32,000 nt of DNA from Pseudoalteromonas tetraodonis (GCF_002310835.1 NZ_CP011041.1:630001-662000), one strand, 5' to 3'; positions 1-9,947 are shown, counted from the stretch's first letter. The notes: a model not told the origin generated them from the sequence alone. Program-made: numbers and translations.

Positions 1-83
1 TTTCCGCCGTCATCATTAAATTTTGACGCAACGACAGATGCCCCAATAACTAGCACTAATATTAATAATAAAGCGAATTCCAT
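1..83 (-). CDS. hypothetical protein, N-terminal fragment (gene runs off the left edge)
   Basis: ATG at 83-81 on the minus strand, with GGAG 7 nt upstream. Reads MEFALLLILVLVIGASVVASKFNDDGG, a hydrophobic signal/TM-like N-terminus. Too short to assign a family. Confidence 0.3.
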   Translation of the reverse strand, partial: MEFALLLILVLVIGASVVASKFNDDGG

Positions 84-185
84 ACGGTAACTCCATAACA
101 ACAAATTGACACTGCTTTTCTAAAGCAATTTATGTGCCCAAATAGTTGTTATGGTTGTTTTATTAACGAATGGGGATGAGCACTA

Positions 186-1106
186 TTATGCTTTATAGCC
201 GCCTTCAATACCTTTTACGGCAATCGCAACTGCATCATGAGCATGTAAAGACTCATAATGGTTAATTTGCAGGAAGTAATCGCTAAACTCTTTTGACTCT
301 AACGTCGTTTTAATTTTTCGTGCTGCGTCTTCACAAAACATTAAATTTTGACCGTTTAAGCGAGCAAACTCTTGTTCGTCTTCACGTTTTACCGCAGCTT
401 GTACTGGTGTTTTTAGCTCATCTTCTAGTAAGTTTATTAAGTTAACCACATCAAACTGTTTAATGTTATTTGCTAATTTAACTTTAACATTAGCAATTGA
501 ACGCTGTGAATGCGGGGTTGCTACAATGCCTTGAGTTGTTCCAAGCCACTCTAAAACTTCTGATTGAGTGAGTGTTTCTTGAGAAAACTTTTCGCTGAAT
601 GCGTTTTGAATTAATTGGCGAGCCAGTGCTGCAGAGCAGGGGCAAGTTGATGAATAAGTCACATCAACGCTGAGCTCAAAACTAATAACGCCTTGATTTA
701 TAGTGCTGGTAAGTACAATGGGATAGCTTTTCCAACCTGCTTTACCACTAAGTAATGACTTACGGCGTAGCGGCAATTCAAATTTAAATTCAATGTGTGC
801 TTTATCACTTAAGCCTTCATGACTGGTGATAAAGGTATCTAAGGCTTGTGCTAAGGTTTGTGGATTGACCTGTTGCTCAGTTGAGAGGTGATCCAACGCT
901 AAAAATAGTCGCGACATATGAATGCCTTTAGCATCTTCTTTGTGTAAATTAACAAAGGCGCGTGCTTTTGCATTAACGGTAACTGGAGCTAAATCAAGAG
1001 ATTCAAAAATAAAAGGCAGCTCTATATCGCCCATACCTACCCAGTCTAATTTACCTGTTTGTAATGCGGCAGCCGTGTTAGCAATATCTGGCATAGTTTT
1101 TTGCAT
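186..1106 (-). CDS. folE2: GTP cyclohydrolase I type 2 (GCYH-IB, FolE2)
   Basis: 306 aa with hallmarks recalled for the FolE2 family: MPDIA N-terminus, [34 protein letters not shown]. Confidence 0.88.
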   Translation of the reverse strand: MQKTMPDIANTAAALQTGKLDWVGMGDIELPFIFESLDLAPVTVNAKARAFVNLHKEDAKGIHMSRLFLALDHLSTEQQVNPQTLAQALDTFITSHEGLSDKAHIEFKFELPLRRKSLLSGKAGWKSYPIVLTSTINQGVISFELSVDVTYSSTCPCSAALARQLIQNAFSEKFSQETLTQSEVLEWLGTTQGIVATPHSQRSIANVKVKLANNIKQFDVVNLINLLEDELKTPVQAAVKREDEQEFARLNGQNLMFCEDAARKIKTTLESKEFSDYFLQINHYESLHAHDAVAIAVKGIEGGYKA

Positions 1107-1313
1107 GATACGTTACTCGTTATTTGCAATATTTAAAACGCCGCATTTTACACTAAATAAAGATTTGCTGAAATGCAGCAAATAACACCAAACATGAAAT
1201 TTTATTGTTTTTGTCGCACAACATGAAAATAGCTGATAGAAAATGCTAAAATTAGCCTTTAACCTTGAAAGGTCAACAGACCCTAAGCATTTAGCTAAGA
1301 GAAAAACTGATAT

Positions 1314-3632
1314 ATGACTGATTCTTCTTTGAACCCGTGGGTTCGAGTTCTTTCCAGTTCAATAACTCGTTTTGGTGAGTTTAAAACTGCAGCTATTTGC
1401 TATGCATTATTACTGACAATATCGCTGGTTTTATCAAGTATGTTTTATTACGTTGCCATAGGCGAAGTAAACTTGGTTGATATACTCGCCGTGGTATTTT
1501 TTACCTCGGTTGTTTCTCCTTTAGTTATCAGCATATTATTAAACTCTATTCGGCAACTTGATGCCTCTTATGCTTATTTAGATAGTGCCACAAAACAAGA
1601 GAAGCTTTTAAATCAAACCCTCAAAGACAATATTAACCGCTTAAATATTGAAATTGACGAACGTAAAATGGCTTTTCATGCCAAACACCGAGCAATAGAA
1701 GAGCTTAGGCGTGAAATTGCAGAGCGTAAAAAAACACAACAAGAACTCGCACAGCAAGGCATGTTACTGCGCTCAATAGTAGACTCCTCGCCGGATTTAT
1801 TTTATTACCGCGATAACAACGGGGTATTTGCCGGTTGTAATAAAATGTTTGAAGAGGTAATGGGCAAAACCAGTGGTGAACTTATTGGTAAAGCCGCAGA
1901 AGAAATATTCCCAAGCCACTTTTTATCAGAAGTACTCAGAACCGATGAGCAAGTTGAGCGCACTCACCAAGGTTTAACTATAGATGTGGAGTACTCAGTA
2001 AACGGTGAAATTAGGTGGTTTGAACTCAGAAAACTCCCCTTTATAAATGAGCAGGGCGATTACATTGGTCTACTAGCCTTTGGCCGTGATATTACCAGTC
2101 GTAAAGAAGCTGCGCAGGCACTGGAAACAGCTTACAAAGATAAAGGGAAATTTATTGCCACATTAAGCCATGAGTTACGCACACCGCTTAATGGTATTGT
2201 GGGCTTAACGCGCATGCTACTGGATACCGAATTAAACAAACAGCAACGCAGTTGGTGTAATACCGTGTTTTCAAGCGCCGAAACGCTAGGTAACATATTT
2301 AACGATATTATAGATTTAGATAAAATTGACCGTGAGCAGTTAGATATTGCCGCCAACGAAATTAATGTTTCGGACTTTATCAACGATGTAGTTAACTTTG
2401 CAGGCCTTATTGCTGAGCAAAAAGAGCTTTCGTTTGAAGTGAAGCGTTCTGGCATGCTTGACATATATGCTTTGCTTGACCCGACTCGTTTACGCCAAGT
2501 GGTGTGGAACTTAATTAATAACGCCGTTAAGTTTACTCAACAAGGGAGCGTAATCTTAGATTGTGCCAGAGAAAACCGTGAAGATGGCCCTTGGCTTATT
2601 ATTAAAATACTCGATACCGGTGAAGGTATTCCACAAGAGCAACTAACACGCATTTTTGACATGTACTATAAAGCGCCAGATCTTAAAGGCACCAATGCCA
2701 TAGGTTCAGGTATTGGCTTAGCTGTCACCAAAGCGTTAGTAAGCGCAATGAAAGGCACAATAACGGTTAATAGTACCCCAGGAGAGGGCAGTTGCTTTAC
2801 GGTACAAATTCCGCTGAATTTATGTAGTGCTCCTACCGAACATAGTTATGTTGGCCGTAGCTTATATATTTTATTAGTGGAGGATGTGCCACTTAATGCT
2901 GAAATTGCCACTAACCTACTAGAGCAACGTGGACACGAAGTGCTGTGGGCTGAAACGGGTGAAGATGCTTTATCGTTTGTCGAAACTGAAGATGACTTAG
3001 ATTTAGTATTACTTGATATGCAGTTGCCTGATATTAATGGTGACGAAGTGGCAAGACAAATTCGTGCTCAAAGTCATTTTGATCAGCTACCAATAGTGGC
3101 ATTAGCGGCCAATGTACGCAGTGCTGAAGAAGAGCTTGAGGGTATATCTATTCAAGGCGCACTAGCTAAACCAATAAACACAAGCAAGTTAGATAATATG
3201 CTCGCTGAACTCTTTGGCATTAAGCAAGCGCAAACCGAGGCTCCTCAACGAGTGGTCAATCAAGCGTTATTAAATCAAATTAATACTGACTTGTTGGATA
3301 TTGAAACCATTGAAGACTTTGTAAATTCGATGGGCGTTGAAGTATTTAAACGCAGTAGCCAGTTGTTCGCAAAGCTAAATCCGCAGTACCAACAAGAGCT
3401 ATTAGCTTCGTTAAACGCTGCTGATAGAGAAGAGTACAAATCGGTTGCGCACAAATTAAAAGGTGCCGCTGGTTCGGTGGGTCTTAATGATGTTCAGTTG
3501 CATGCAAAGCAAATGGAGCATGGGGCGCTGGAGCAAAGTGATGAAGTGTTAGCTGTGTGGCTTGAGGAGTTAACAGATAAAATAAATGAAGGACAACAGG
3601 CCCTTCATTTATTTTTACAGCAATTAGAGTAA
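1314..3632 (+). CDS. arcB: aerobic respiration control hybrid sensor kinase ArcB
   Basis: 772 aa, collinear with E. coli ArcB by recall. It has two N-terminal TM segments, a coiled coil and a PAS domain (SPDLFYYRD..FAGCN). The H-box is SHELRTPLNGIVGL and the N/G boxes are NLINNAVKFT and GSGIGLAV. The receiver is LLVEDVPLN..LLDMQLPD and the Hpt is HKLKGAAGSVGL. Confidence 0.9.
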   Translation: MTDSSLNPWVRVLSSSITRFGEFKTAAICYALLLTISLVLSSMFYYVAIGEVNLVDILAVVFFTSVVSPLVISILLNSIRQLDASYAYLDSATKQEKLLNQTLKDNINRLNIEIDERKMAFHAKHRAIEELRREIAERKKTQQELAQQGMLLRSIVDSSPDLFYYRDNNGVFAGCNKMFEEVMGKTSGELIGKAAEEIFPSHFLSEVLRTDEQVERTHQGLTIDVEYSVNGEIRWFELRKLPFINEQGDYIGLLAFGRDITSRKEAAQALETAYKDKGKFIATLSHELRTPLNGIVGLTRMLLDTELNKQQRSWCNTVFSSAETLGNIFNDIIDLDKIDREQLDIAANEINVSDFINDVVNFAGLIAEQKELSFEVKRSGMLDIYALLDPTRLRQVVWNLINNAVKFTQQGSVILDCARENREDGPWLIIKILDTGEGIPQEQLTRIFDMYYKAPDLKGTNAIGSGIGLAVTKALVSAMKGTITVNSTPGEGSCFTVQIPLNLCSAPTEHSYVGRSLYILLVEDVPLNAEIATNLLEQRGHEVLWAETGEDALSFVETEDDLDLVLLDMQLPDINGDEVARQIRAQSHFDQLPIVALAANVRSAEEELEGISIQGALAKPINTSKLDNMLAELFGIKQAQTEAPQRVVNQALLNQINTDLLDIETIEDFVNSMGVEVFKRSSQLFAKLNPQYQQELLASLNAADREEYKSVAHKLKGAAGSVGLNDVQLHAKQMEHGALEQSDEVLAVWLEELTDKINEGQQALHLFLQQLE

Positions 3633-3639
3633 TAACTAA

Positions 3640-4362
3640 TTAGCTGTCGATTTTACCAATGAAACGGTAACCTTCACCATGGATGGTGCTGATTAACTCA
3701 GATGTTGAGTTGTCGCTTTCAAAGTGTTTGCGGATACGACGAATTGTTACGTCAACCGTACGGTCGTTAGCGCGGAGCTCTCGGCCAGTCATGTGTTTAA
3801 TTAGTTGCTCACGGCTAAATATACGACCCGGAGAGTCAAGCATTAAACGCAGTGCTCTGTATTCGCCTTTAGGTAGACGTAGACGTTTCGCGTCTCCGTT
3901 TGGAGAAGTAAGGCAACGACTGTTTTCGTCAAGTTCCCAACCGTTAAAGGTGATCACGCCATTTGTTTCAATAGCAGACTCTTCACCACCTAATGCAGTA
4001 CGCGTAATTAAGTTACGAGCACGAATAGTTAATTCACGCGGGTTGAAAGGCTTAGTAATATAGTCATCAGCACCAATTTCAAGACCTAAAATACGGTCTA
4101 CATCGTTGTCACGGCCTGTTAAGAAAATAAGACCAACTTTGCGTTTTTGGCGTAATTCGCGAGCTAAAATAAGCCCGTTTTTACCTGGCAGGTTGATGTC
4201 CATAACTACAAGATTGACGTCATCGTTATTTGTAAGCTTATCATGCATATCATCGCCATCAATGGCTTCAATAACTTTGTAACCTTCGGCTTCAAATAAA
4301 CTAACGAGGTTTAGTCTAGTTACGTCTTCATCCTCTACGATCAGAATGACTGGCGTTTGCAT
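3640..4362 (-). CDS. arcA: OmpR-family response regulator ArcA
   Basis: 240 aa, nearly collinear with E. coli ArcA. Shared segments include [74 protein letters not shown] and TIHGEGYRF. Confidence 0.95.
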   Translation of the reverse strand: MQTPVILIVEDEDVTRLNLVSLFEAEGYKVIEAIDGDDMHDKLTNNDDVNLVVMDINLPGKNGLILARELRQKRKVGLIFLTGRDNDVDRILGLEIGADDYITKPFNPRELTIRARNLITRTALGGEESAIETNGVITFNGWELDENSRCLTSPNGDAKRLRLPKGEYRALRLMLDSPGRIFSREQLIKHMTGRELRANDRTVDVTIRRIRKHFESDNSTSELISTIHGEGYRFIGKIDS

Positions 4363-4430
4363 TTTTAATTAACCTTTTTGGAGTGTGTTTTATTTTAAAA
4401 TCGGTGTGATCATCAAAACCGACTACTAGA

Positions 4431-4459
4431 ATTATAGGATTATATCTAAATGTTAACAA
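4431..4459 (-). promoter_or_regulatory. candidate sigma70 promoter for arcA
   Basis: Minus strand reads TTGTTA-N17-TATAAT (-35 at 4459-4454, -10 at 4436-4431). A second TATAAT lies 8 bp upstream (4444-4439). This would give a leader of about 60 nt. Sequence match only. Confidence 0.3.
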
Positions 4460-4821
4460 GTAAAAACAAATTAGATAAAAACAGCTGCGCGCCCAAACCT
4501 ACTTTGACGTATTATTAAAAACCGCGGCTTAATTGATACTTAACGTTGGATGTATAATTTGAATTATAAAGTCGAAGCCATTTCCCTTTAATAATTGATA
4601 CATCCATCAACCACCTAAAGATACTTAAAATAATCAGACTAATTCAAAACGGAATTATATCACTTTACAATTTTTCATCAATGTATGTGATATGTTAAAC
4701 ACAATTAAGTTCATTAATTGTGTGAAAATACAGCATTAATGGTACAACTGTTCAATGAGTGCTGTCTTAGTATGGTCATAAAGTCGTAATTCAAGAGCAG
4801 GCAACGGATTTATTTCACTTT

Positions 4822-6426
4822 TTAAAATAGCGTAATAATAAATCGTGCTCCTGATTGATACTCAGTATCTAACACAATCTCTCCAGCCAAAGCCTGGGTC
4901 ACTAAGTTGTAAACTAAATGCATGCCTAATCCACTGGCTCCTTGACCGCGTTTTGAAGTAACAAAGGGGTCAAAAATTTTCGCTCTTATGTTGCTCTCTA
5001 CACCTAGGCCGTTGTCGGTGTAGGTAATTTGTGTTTTTGTGTTTGTTGCCACAATATCAATTTGCACTACATTGTCACCGCCAGCTACAAATCCGTGTAG
5101 TAGGGAGTTTAAAATTAGTTGATGGAAAACTTGCTGCAGTGGCCCTTTTTTACTTTCAACGGTTAAATCTGCTGGACAATTTATAAGAACTTTAGGATTT
5201 TTTATTCTTAACTCTTGCCCCATAGACAATAATGTATCGTTTATGAGCTGCTGTAAGTGAACTGTGCTAGTGATTTCATCATCTTTAATCACGGCCACTT
5301 TTTTAAAGTTAGAAATAAGCTCTGCGACACGGTTTAAACTACTGTAGATGAGGTCTAAGTTTTCAATGCCATCGTTAGTAAATTGCTCAAATTGACTGGC
5401 AGTCAATGACTTATTTTGAAAGTTAATTTGTAGCTCCGCGAGTTTATCCCTTAGTAAAGTAGAACCGGTGATCCCAAGCCCTATAGGGGTATTTACCTCA
5501 TGAGCTACACCTGCCACCATTTGCCCTAATGAAGCCATTTTTTTGTTTTCGACAATTTGAGTTTGGTATTGGTGCATCTTTTCAAGTGTAGATAGTAACT
5601 CTTTATTTGCTTCTCTGAGCGCGATGGTTCGTTGGCTTACTTTTTCTTCAAGATTTGAGTTTAGTAGCTTAATTTCTTTTTTATCTTCTTCGTGGCGCTC
5701 TATTTGTCTTTGTGTTCGCGCCAGCATTACATTTAAGCTGTTAGAAAGCCGGGTTATTTCAGTTAAGTTTGTTAAAGGCGCCCGGGCGTAGTAGTTATGA
5801 TTTTTAGCTATGTTTTGCAGTAACAAGCTTAAGTTTTCTATTGGGCTGGCTATCCTTTTTTGTAGCCTTAAAATAATCAAAGAGATGAAGATAAGTATTA
5901 AAGCGATAATGGCAATATCAATTATAATTTTTTTAGTGATAAGCTTATTTAAGTTATCCAAGCTGCCCCTAATATACACATAACCCAGTAACTGATCATT
6001 ATTGAGTATTGGAGTAATGTACTCAATAAACTCATCACCTACTTGGGGTTCTATAAAGTCGTTAATACTGTCTGTTTTGATTGGAACAGGTGGCGATTTT
6101 CGGGCATTAAAACTGGTAAAAAATACTGGTTTATTTGTTTGCTCATCTAGCGCATAAATATGTAAGTTTGTAACCGATGATACTTGTTGAAGAAGCTTTA
6201 ACCGCCTTTCTTCTGCAGGTCTATTTTTATTTAGTAATGACGGCATTGCATCAAAGGCAATGATCTCTGACACCAGCACAAGTTTACTAATGAGCTGCTT
6301 TTTTTGCTCTTGTGTACTTAAGTAAGTAGAAATAGAAAGAGATAATAGCAAACAGATGGCTGTTATAAGCATGATGGTTTTAAACAATATGCTACGAATG
6401 CTATTTTGCTCTACAGTTTTAGGCAT
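4822..6426 (-). CDS. orphan membrane sensor histidine kinase (two TM segments, periplasmic CHASE8-like module, HAMP, coiled coil, HisKA/HATPase)
   Basis: 534 aa. TM1 is ITAICLLLSLSISTYL and TM2 is IIIDIAIIALILIFISLIIL. The H-box is GVAHEVNTPIG (NtrB/DctB-like HExxN/TP type). HATPase motifs are LNSLLHGF, DNGLGV and GASGLGMHLV. No response regulator lies adjacent. Confidence 0.85.
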   Translation of the reverse strand: MPKTVEQNSIRSILFKTIMLITAICLLLSLSISTYLSTQEQKKQLISKLVLVSEIIAFDAMPSLLNKNRPAEERRLKLLQQVSSVTNLHIYALDEQTNKPVFFTSFNARKSPPVPIKTDSINDFIEPQVGDEFIEYITPILNNDQLLGYVYIRGSLDNLNKLITKKIIIDIAIIALILIFISLIILRLQKRIASPIENLSLLLQNIAKNHNYYARAPLTNLTEITRLSNSLNVMLARTQRQIERHEEDKKEIKLLNSNLEEKVSQRTIALREANKELLSTLEKMHQYQTQIVENKKMASLGQMVAGVAHEVNTPIGLGITGSTLLRDKLAELQINFQNKSLTASQFEQFTNDGIENLDLIYSSLNRVAELISNFKKVAVIKDDEITSTVHLQQLINDTLLSMGQELRIKNPKVLINCPADLTVESKKGPLQQVFHQLILNSLLHGFVAGGDNVVQIDIVATNTKTQITYTDNGLGVESNIRAKIFDPFVTSKRGQGASGLGMHLVYNLVTQALAGEIVLDTEYQSGARFIITLF

Positions 6427-6552
6427 TGCGAGAGGGTCATCCGTGTCAATTGTGAGTGTAATAAATACTAGTTTAGCAAAAACAGGAAAAAGTGAAGAAA
6501 AAAGATTAGCTTAATTACACTATTTATTCTTAGTTAATCTACGTAATAAAGT

Positions 6553-6580
6553 AAATATGCGGCTAATATACCGCATATTT
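6553..6580 (-). terminator. hairpin downstream of rsmC (candidate intrinsic terminator)
   Basis: Perfect 10-bp stem AAATATGCGG / CCGCATATTT with an 8-nt loop, 30 bp after the rsmC stop. The minus strand continues ACTTTATT, a weak U-tract. Confidence 0.45.
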
Positions 6581-6609
6581 ATGTTTTGATAGGGGATTAA
6601 TAATAAGTT

Positions 6610-7635
6610 TTAGCTACTGTATACAGCAAACTTATTATTCTTAAACACCGTTTGATAACTATCAAATTGGGCTTCTAAAATAGGTGGATATTTTAAAAAG
6701 CTATTAGCAACAATAGTGAGCTTACCTGTTTTAGTTAGGTGCTGTTTGGCATTATTTAAAAACGATTCGGCCACTGTGTAGTCGGTCGCAATACCGGTAT
6801 GAAATGGTGGGTTACTAATAATTAAATCAAACTTACCTGCAATGCTGTTTAAACCATCGCTCAGTACGGCTTCACCATTAACGTTATTAAGTTTAAGCGT
6901 TTGTGTTGTTGCATAGGCAGCCAGTGCGCTTACATCACTACATGTAAATGTAAGAGCCGGATTTTTTAGCCCTAAAAACGTAGCAATAAGCCCCGCGCCA
7001 CAACCAAAATCAAGAACGTTACCGTGTTTTATATTTGGTGCATTTTCTAATAGCATTTTAGTGCCTGCATCAAGGCCGCCATGGTTAAACACGCCAGGAA
7101 TACTTACAGCAGTAAATTCAATATCACTTACGTTGACCACAAACTCTTTGTGGTAAGTACTAATATCAAATGTTGAATTCAGGGTTATTTCTGAAAATGA
7201 ATATAAAACGCAGTGTTTTGCAGAGTCAATTTTATTACTGAACGCCGTTTTATTGGCGAGTTGCTTTTCAATTGATTTTACACCGCTTTTGTTTTCGCCA
7301 ACGACTAGCAGCTCAGCTTCTTTGCTTATCACTGCGCGTATGTTGTCTAATGCCATTAATAGCTCGGGCTTAGACTTGGGGTAATAAAGAATTACTAAAT
7401 CATATTCACCGGCGCTAATCGTGTGATTAACTTCTACATTTATACCCGATATGTTTTTAGCAAATTCACCATTTGCATGGTTATAGCTAAAAGCCGTTAT
7501 TTTACTTTGTGGGTTGAGCGTTTTTAGCTCATTTAAAAAGCCATCTTGAACAAAGTTGACCACCAATATTGATTTACCTTTTAGCTCCTCGCTGTTGCGA
7601 AGTAATAATAGGCTCGGATTGGTTAATACGCTCAT
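6610..7635 (-). CDS. rsmC: 16S rRNA (guanine1207-N2)-methyltransferase RsmC
   Basis: 341 aa two-domain methyltransferase. SAM motif VLDFGCGAGL and catalytic NPPFH. Size and layout match E. coli RsmC. It lies directly downstream of trmB on the same strand. Confidence 0.85.
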   Translation of the reverse strand: MSVLTNPSLLLLRNSEELKGKSILVVNFVQDGFLNELKTLNPQSKITAFSYNHANGEFAKNISGINVEVNHTISAGEYDLVILYYPKSKPELLMALDNIRAVISKEAELLVVGENKSGVKSIEKQLANKTAFSNKIDSAKHCVLYSFSEITLNSTFDISTYHKEFVVNVSDIEFTAVSIPGVFNHGGLDAGTKMLLENAPNIKHGNVLDFGCGAGLIATFLGLKNPALTFTCSDVSALAAYATTQTLKLNNVNGEAVLSDGLNSIAGKFDLIISNPPFHTGIATDYTVAESFLNNAKQHLTKTGKLTIVANSFLKYPPILEAQFDSYQTVFKNNKFAVYSS

Positions 7636-7671
7636 AAATGGCTTTACCTTACTTGATTATTTAATTAACGG

Positions 7672-8397
7672 TTATTTAGTACGTTCGAACATTAAATCCC
7701 ATACGCCATGGCCTAAACGATGGCCACGTTGTTCAAATTTAGTCAGCGGACGTAAATCAGGACGAGGTACATAGTCGTTAGTCTCTGATTGGTTTTTGTA
7801 ACCAGGTGCTGCTTGCATTACTTCAAGCATATGCTCTGCATAGTTTTCCCAATCGGTTGCCATATGAAAAACGCCGCCAATTTTTAATTTAGAACGTAGC
7901 TTTTCTGCAAACTCAGTTTGTACAATACGGCGCTTATGGTGACGCTTTTTGTGCCATGGATCAGGGAAGAACAATTGTAAGGTCGATAAGCTTTCATCAC
8001 TTATACAATCTGCAAGGACTTCAACGGCGTCGTGTTCAAATACACGAAGATTAGTAACGCCTGCTTCGTCGGCATCCATTAAACACGCGCCAACGCCTGG
8101 GCGATGTACTTCTATACCGATAAAGTTAAGATGTGGTGCGTTTTTTGCCATTTCAACCAATGACTTGCCCATACCAAAGCCAATTTCTAACACTACATCA
8201 TTGTCATTGCCAAATACTGCGTTTAAATCAAGCAGGCCGTTTTTATGCTCAAGCCCCATTGTTGGCCAGCATTTTTCGATTGCAGCGGCTTGGCCTTTGG
8301 TTAATCGGCCTTCGCGTTTTACAAAACTACGAATAGTGCGGATATACTTACCTTCTTGCTTAGCTTGCTCAAGGTTGTTGTTACTTGATTCACTCAT
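7672..8397 (-). CDS. trmB: tRNA (guanine46-N7)-methyltransferase TrmB
   Basis: Strong collinearity with E. coli TrmB ([78 protein letters not shown]). The ORF-track start at 8502 adds 35 non-conserved residues. The ATG at 8397 (MSESSNN...) fits the family length. Confidence 0.9.
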   Translation of the reverse strand: MSESSNNNLEQAKQEGKYIRTIRSFVKREGRLTKGQAAAIEKCWPTMGLEHKNGLLDLNAVFGNDNDVVLEIGFGMGKSLVEMAKNAPHLNFIGIEVHRPGVGACLMDADEAGVTNLRVFEHDAVEVLADCISDESLSTLQLFFPDPWHKKRHHKRRIVQTEFAEKLRSKLKIGGVFHMATDWENYAEHMLEVMQAAPGYKNQSETNDYVPRPDLRPLTKFEQRGHRLGHGVWDLMFERTK

Positions 8398-8547
8398 ATT
8401 ATTGGCCTGACAAAACAATGTGTTTAAAAATGGTTGCGTATTATCCCTGACCCGCGCGGGGTTGACAAGCTCTAGGGCGTTATAGCTTGATCTTTTCAAC
8501 AACTACAATAGACTGAGCCGCCATTAAGCATTAGTAAAAAAGTAAAT

Positions 8548-9609
8548 ATGTTGGATTTAAAAAAGCAGCAGTCTGATTGGTTTTCTAACCAAGTAGTTGA
8601 TTGGTATCATCTCCATGGGCGCAAAACATTGCCATGGCAATTAGCTAAAACACCTTATAAAGTATGGGTGTCTGAGGTGATGCTGCAGCAAACCCAAGTT
8701 GTGACTGTTATTCCCTATTTCGAAAAGTTTATGCAAAGCTTTCCCGATATTATTGCTTTAGCAAATGCTGATGAAGATCAGGTTCTGCATCACTGGACTG
8801 GTCTAGGTTACTACGCACGCGCGCGCAACTTACATAAAACGGCCAAAATAGTGCGAGACAAATATCAAGGCCAGTTTCCCAGCACGCTTGAAGAGGTAAT
8901 GGATTTACCCGGAATAGGGCGCTCTACTGCGGGTGCTGTTTTATCTTTATCTTTGGGGCAGCATCATCCTATTCTTGATGGCAATGTAAAAAGGGTGCTT
9001 GCACGATTTTTCATGGTTGAAGGTTGGTATGGCGTCAAAAAGGTAGAAAATCAGCTGTGGCATTTAAGTGAACAACTCACCCCTAAAAATAATGTGACTG
9101 AGTTTAATCAAGCTATGATGGATTTAGGGGCAAGCCTTTGTTCACGAAGTCGTTTTGACTGTGAAGCATGCCCGTTAAAAACACAATGTGGTGCTTTTAA
9201 TGCGGGTAAGGTTAAAGAGTTCCCACATTCTAAACCTAAAAAAGCAGTGCCTAAAAAAAGTTGTCATCAGTTAATTATTAAACATAACGACAAAGTACTC
9301 ATGGAAAAACGCCCAAGTAGTGGCATTTGGGGGGGATTATTTGGATTTTTTGAATTTAATGAGCACAGTGAGCTCGATACTTTTTTAGCACAGCAAGGGC
9401 TAAAAAGTGAGCTTGAGATATTAGCGCCTTTTAGCCATGTGTTCTCACATTTTGAGCTAACCATAAACCCACATGTGCTCAATGTTCAGCAAATCCCTGA
9501 TGTGGTGAACGACAAGCAATTAATATGGTATCCACTTGATCAATCAATAGAGGTGGGTTTAGCTGCACCGACTAAAAAGTTGGTTAAACAAATGAGCCCA
9601 ATAGGTTAA
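8548..9609 (+). CDS. mutY: A/G-specific adenine DNA glycosylase MutY
   Basis: 353 aa. HhH-GPD motif [12 protein letters not shown]. Fe-S cluster loop [18 protein letters not shown]-terminal NUDIX-like domain. Divergent from trmB, as in E. coli. Confidence 0.92.
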   Translation: MLDLKKQQSDWFSNQVVDWYHLHGRKTLPWQLAKTPYKVWVSEVMLQQTQVVTVIPYFEKFMQSFPDIIALANADEDQVLHHWTGLGYYARARNLHKTAKIVRDKYQGQFPSTLEEVMDLPGIGRSTAGAVLSLSLGQHHPILDGNVKRVLARFFMVEGWYGVKKVENQLWHLSEQLTPKNNVTEFNQAMMDLGASLCSRSRFDCEACPLKTQCGAFNAGKVKEFPHSKPKKAVPKKSCHQLIIKHNDKVLMEKRPSSGIWGGLFGFFEFNEHSELDTFLAQQGLKSELEILAPFSHVFSHFELTINPHVLNVQQIPDVVNDKQLIWYPLDQSIEVGLAAPTKKLVKQMSPIG

Positions 9610-9642
9610 ACTAGCAGCATTTAGCGTTAGAGAGAATAAATC

Positions 9643-9915
9643 ATGGCACGTACTGTATTTTGTCAAAAGTTACAAAAAGAAGCTGAAGGCCTTGGATTTC
9701 AACTTTATCCTGGGGAAATTGGCGAAAAGATTTTTAATAATATATCTAAAGAAGCATGGGGACAGTGGCAGCATAAACAAACGATGCTGATCAATGAAAA
9801 GCATTTAAATATGATGGACCCAGAACATCGTACCTTTTTAGAAGAGCAAATGGTTGGCTTTTTATTTGAAGGAAAAGAGGTTGAGATTGAAGGCTATAAG
9901 CCAGTAGAAAAATAA
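9643..9915 (+). CDS. yggX: Fe(2+)-trafficking / oxidative-damage protection protein YggX
   Basis: 90 aa, near-collinear with E. coli YggX ([20 protein letters not shown]...[23 protein letters not shown]). Sits in the conserved mutY-yggX position. Confidence 0.92.
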   Translation: MARTVFCQKLQKEAEGLGFQLYPGEIGEKIFNNISKEAWGQWQHKQTMLINEKHLNMMDPEHRTFLEEQMVGFLFEGKEVEIEGYKPVEK

Positions 9916-9920
9916 TCGTT

Positions 9921-9947
9921 AAAAAAGGGCTATAAAAGCCCTTTTTT
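9921..9947. terminator. bidirectional intrinsic terminator between yggX and the hybrid kinase
   Basis: AAAAAAGGGCT-ATAAA-AGCCCTTTTTT. A GC stem flanked by an A-run and a T-run, so it can work on either strand. It sits between convergent genes. Confidence 0.75.

Noticed and set aside
1107-1313. Zur box upstream of folE2. FolE2 genes are often zinc-regulated.
   Set aside because: I found only AAACA-N11-TGTTT, a direct repeat AACATGAAA (x2) and a TTGCTG/CAGCAA hairpin. None matches the GAAATGTTATAWTATAACATTTC-type palindrome, so no regulator site is claimed.
4595-4610. FNR/CRP-family site TTGAT-N6-ATCAA upstream of arcA.
   Set aside because: The FNR consensus requires a 4-bp spacer (TTGAT-N4-ATCAA). 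An N6 spacer changes half-site phasing, so this is not a credible FNR box as it stands. It is kept only as a generic palindrome in the findings.
7672-8502. Long (276-aa) form of trmB, as given in the ORF track.
   Set aside because: The first 35 residues have no counterpart in TrmB as I recall the family. They span the likely divergent promoter and a GC palindrome. The internal ATG at 8397 gives a canonical-length protein.
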